A program made the translations under genes and the position numbers. A stretch of 42,453 bases of DNA, taken from positions 1 through 42,453 of the forward strand of contig CAYUBH010000002.1 in NCBI GenBank assembly GCA_964442985.1. The letters are read 5' to 3'. Below the pieces are notes generated by a model, which worked only from the letters and a program-made list of their open reading frames with translations, did not search any database and was not told the DNA's origin. The first letter of the stretch is position 1. Each line of letters starts with the position of its first letter. The DNA is from an uncultured Gammaproteobacteria bacterium (GTDB lineage Bacteria; Patescibacteriota; Patescibacteriia; Magasanikbacterales; GWA2-37-8). Below, piece after piece: positions 40,559-42,453 of this stretch.

Positions 40559-42453
40559 ATGGAATTGACCACTCGCTTGGCCCAGCTACCTCGTGTAGGA
40601 AAATCAACGGTTGCCCGCTTAGAACGCCTTGGCCTCAGGACCGTCTATGATTTGTTATACTATTTCCCGTTTCGCTATGAAGACTTTCGCCAATGCCTGC
40701 CGATTAAACAACTCGTCGAAGGCCAGGCGGTGACAGTCAAAGGCCGAATTGAGCTTATTGCCAATCGGCGTAGTTTTAAAACCAGAAAGACCATTACCGA
40801 AGCACTGGTTTCTGATGAATCGGGGAGTCTCCGGGTGATTTGGTTTAATCAGCCGTTTATTACCAACAATCTAGCTTCGGGAGATGCGGTGTATCTGTCG
40901 GGGGTGGTGAAGTCGGATATGCTCGGGCCACAGCTTGTCGGCCCGACCTATGAAAAGGTGGTTGGTGAAGCGGTACACACTGCTCGCTTGGTGCCAGTGT
41001 ATGGCATCACCGAAGGCCTACCTCAAAAACAAATTAGACACATGGTTAAATATTGTGTGGATACCCTTAAAGAAGTTCCTGATTGGGTACCGGACGTTAT
41101 CAAAGAGCGCTTTGACCTCCCGCCACTGATTGGTGCAATTCACGGCATTCATTTTCCAAGCGATGATGCGCATTTAGCCGAGAGCACTCGTCGGCTTAAA
41201 TTTGATGAGTTATTTTTATTACAACTGCAAGCTGAAATTGCTCGGCGTGATCGGGTGGCGTCGTTGGCTCCGGCGCTGGTATTTCAAGAAACCAAGATTA
41301 AAGAGTTCGTAGCGAGCTTGCCGTTTGCCCTCACCAAAACACAAAAAATAGCGACCTGGGAAATTTTAAAAGATATTGCTGAGCCTCGACCAATGAATCG
41401 CCTGCTCTCGGGCGATGTTGGTTCGGGGAAGACAGTGGTGGCCGCTATTGCTCTCTACAACACCGCGCTCAACGGCTTTCAAGGGGTGCTTATGGCCCCA
41501 ACCGAGATTTTGGCGAGTCAACATTTTGAAGGTGTTTCCAAATTATTATCCACCCTGCCAGTCGCTCTGGTAACTCGCACACAGAGGTATGTGAGCGACA
41601 ATGGAGTGGTGATCAAAGTCACCAAAAAAGCGCTCCACACCATGCTCGCCGAAGGAAAAATAGCAGTAAGTATTGGGACACATGCACTTCTCACCGAAGC
41701 AGTACATTTTAAACAGCTCGGCCTCGTGATTGTCGACGAACAACATCGTTTTGGAGTGATGCAGCGAAAAATTATGAAAGACAAAGGTGCTGGGGCGCAT
41801 TTTTTGAGCATGACCGCCACCCCGATTCCGCGCTCGCTCGCGCTTATGCTCTACGGTGATTTAGAAGTTTCTATTATTAGCGAGCTGCCCCCGGGGCGAA
41901 AGAAAATTATTACTAAAGTAGTTGAACCAGCCAAGCGTGAGAAAGCTTACGGCTTTATTCGCGACCAAGTAAAGGCTGGTCGACAAGTATTTGTGGTTTG
42001 TCCGCTTATCGAAGGAGTGGGGCAGGGGGCCGTGGAGAAAAAATCTGTGATGATGGAATACGAAAAGCTGTCCACTACTATTTTTCCAGATTTGAAAGTT
42101 GGTTTTTTACATGGAAAATTAAAACCAGAAGAAAAAGAAGCAGTGATGGAGCAATTTGAGAAAAATGAAATACACATTCTCGTCTCCACCTCGGTCATTG
42201 AGGTGGGGGTGAATATTCCGAACGCTAGCATTATGATGATTGAAGGTGCCGACCGTTTTGGTCTCGCCCAGCTTCACCAGTTTCGCGGGCGGGTGGGGCG
42301 TTCGAGCTATCAGTCGTATTGCCTGCTTTTCACTGACAACACCACCAAGGCAGTGGAGGAGCGCCTGCAGTATTTTGAAGCCCATCACGACGGCTTTGCT
42401 CTGGCTGAAAAAGATTTGGAAATTCGCGGACCAGGGCAAATGTATGGAGTGGA
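40559..42453 (+). CDS. recG: ATP-dependent DNA helicase RecG (5' partial, runs off the window end)
   Basis: Open frame from ATG 40559 to the window end, so it is not in the ORF track. Wedge region, Walker A GDVGSGKT, DEQHRFG, and helicase C motifs up to RGPGQ. A TG-extended TATACT lies at 40541-40549. Confidence 0.9.
   Translation, partial: MELTTRLAQLPRVGKSTVARLERLGLRTVYDLLYYFPFRYEDFRQCLPIKQLVEGQAVTVKGRIELIANRRSFKTRKTITEALVSDESGSLRVIWFNQPFITNNLASGDAVYLSGVVKSDMLGPQLVGPTYEKVVGEAVHTARLVPVYGITEGLPQKQIRHMVKYCVDTLKEVPDWVPDVIKERFDLPPLIGAIHGIHFPSDDAHLAESTRRLKFDELFLLQLQAEIARRDRVASLAPALVFQETKIKEFVASLPFALTKTQKIATWEILKDIAEPRPMNRLLSGDVGSGKTVVAAIALYNTALNGFQGVLMAPTEILASQHFEGVSKLLSTLPVALVTRTQRYVSDNGVVIKVTKKALHTMLAEGKIAVSIGTHALLTEAVHFKQLGLVIVDEQHRFGVMQRKIMKDKGAGAHFLSMTATPIPRSLALMLYGDLEVSIISELPPGRKKIITKVVEPAKREKAYGFIRDQVKAGRQVFVVCPLIEGVGQGAVEKKSVMMEYEKLSTTIFPDLKVGFLHGKLKPEEKEAVMEQFEKNEIHILVSTSVIEVGVNIPNASIMMIEGADRFGLAQLHQFRGRVGRSSYQSYCLLFTDNTTKAVEERLQYFEAHHDGFALAEKDLEIRGPGQMYGV

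Noticed and set aside
41040-41560. DnaA-box-like 9-mers TGTGGATAC (about 41055) and TTATCCACC (about 41547), considered as a possible origin near parAB/recG.
   Set aside because: There are only two 8/9 matches, both inside the recG coding sequence. There is no cluster and no AT-rich unwinding element.
1-42453. CRISPR arrays, rRNA genes, IS/transposase/integrase genes, and prophage structural genes.
   Set aside because: There are no regularly spaced direct repeats and no ORF with recognisable recombinase or transposase motifs. All large ORFs are accounted for by housekeeping families.

Overview
This 42.5-kb window comes from a roughly 45% G+C bacterium with compact gene spacing. By inference it resembles a small-genome Patescibacteria/CPR-type lineage. 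Host genes lack Shine-Dalgarno motifs, rpmD (L30) is absent between rpsE and rplO, S14 is the zinc type, and several ribosomal proteins carry terminal extensions. The core of the window is the str/S10/spc ribosomal super-cluster on the + strand, running rpsL-rpsG-fusA ... tuf-rpsJ ... rplC through rplO-secY-adk-map. It is flanked by housekeeping genes: uvrD/pcrA-type helicase, ruvX, recO, asnS, an m5C RNA methyltransferase, parA/parB, a short Rel/SpoT enzyme, topA, dprA, pth, der, an LCP-family protein and the 5' part of recG. There are two tRNAs, Leu-CAA and Arg-GCG.

The main outliers are:
(1) A G+C-rich, self-contained two-ORF cassette of unknown function between fusA and tuf. It is preceded by a 120-bp element with perfect 24-bp terminal inverted repeats and followed by an orphan YefM/Phd-like acidic protein.
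(2) A promoter-plus-terminator-bounded, ORF-free structured unit of about 285 nt splitting rpsJ from rplC.
(3) A second G+C-rich single-gene island encoding a 2OG-Fe(II) oxygenase, next to a small tail-anchored membrane ORF.
(4) An almost complete absence of TGA stop codons: 46 TAA, 5 TAG and 1 TGA.
(5) A structured 230-nt spacer next to tRNA-Leu that carries an inverted partial copy of the tRNA 3' end.

I saw no CRISPR array, rRNA, transposase or integrase. All family assignments come from motifs read by eye in the supplied translations; no database search was possible.
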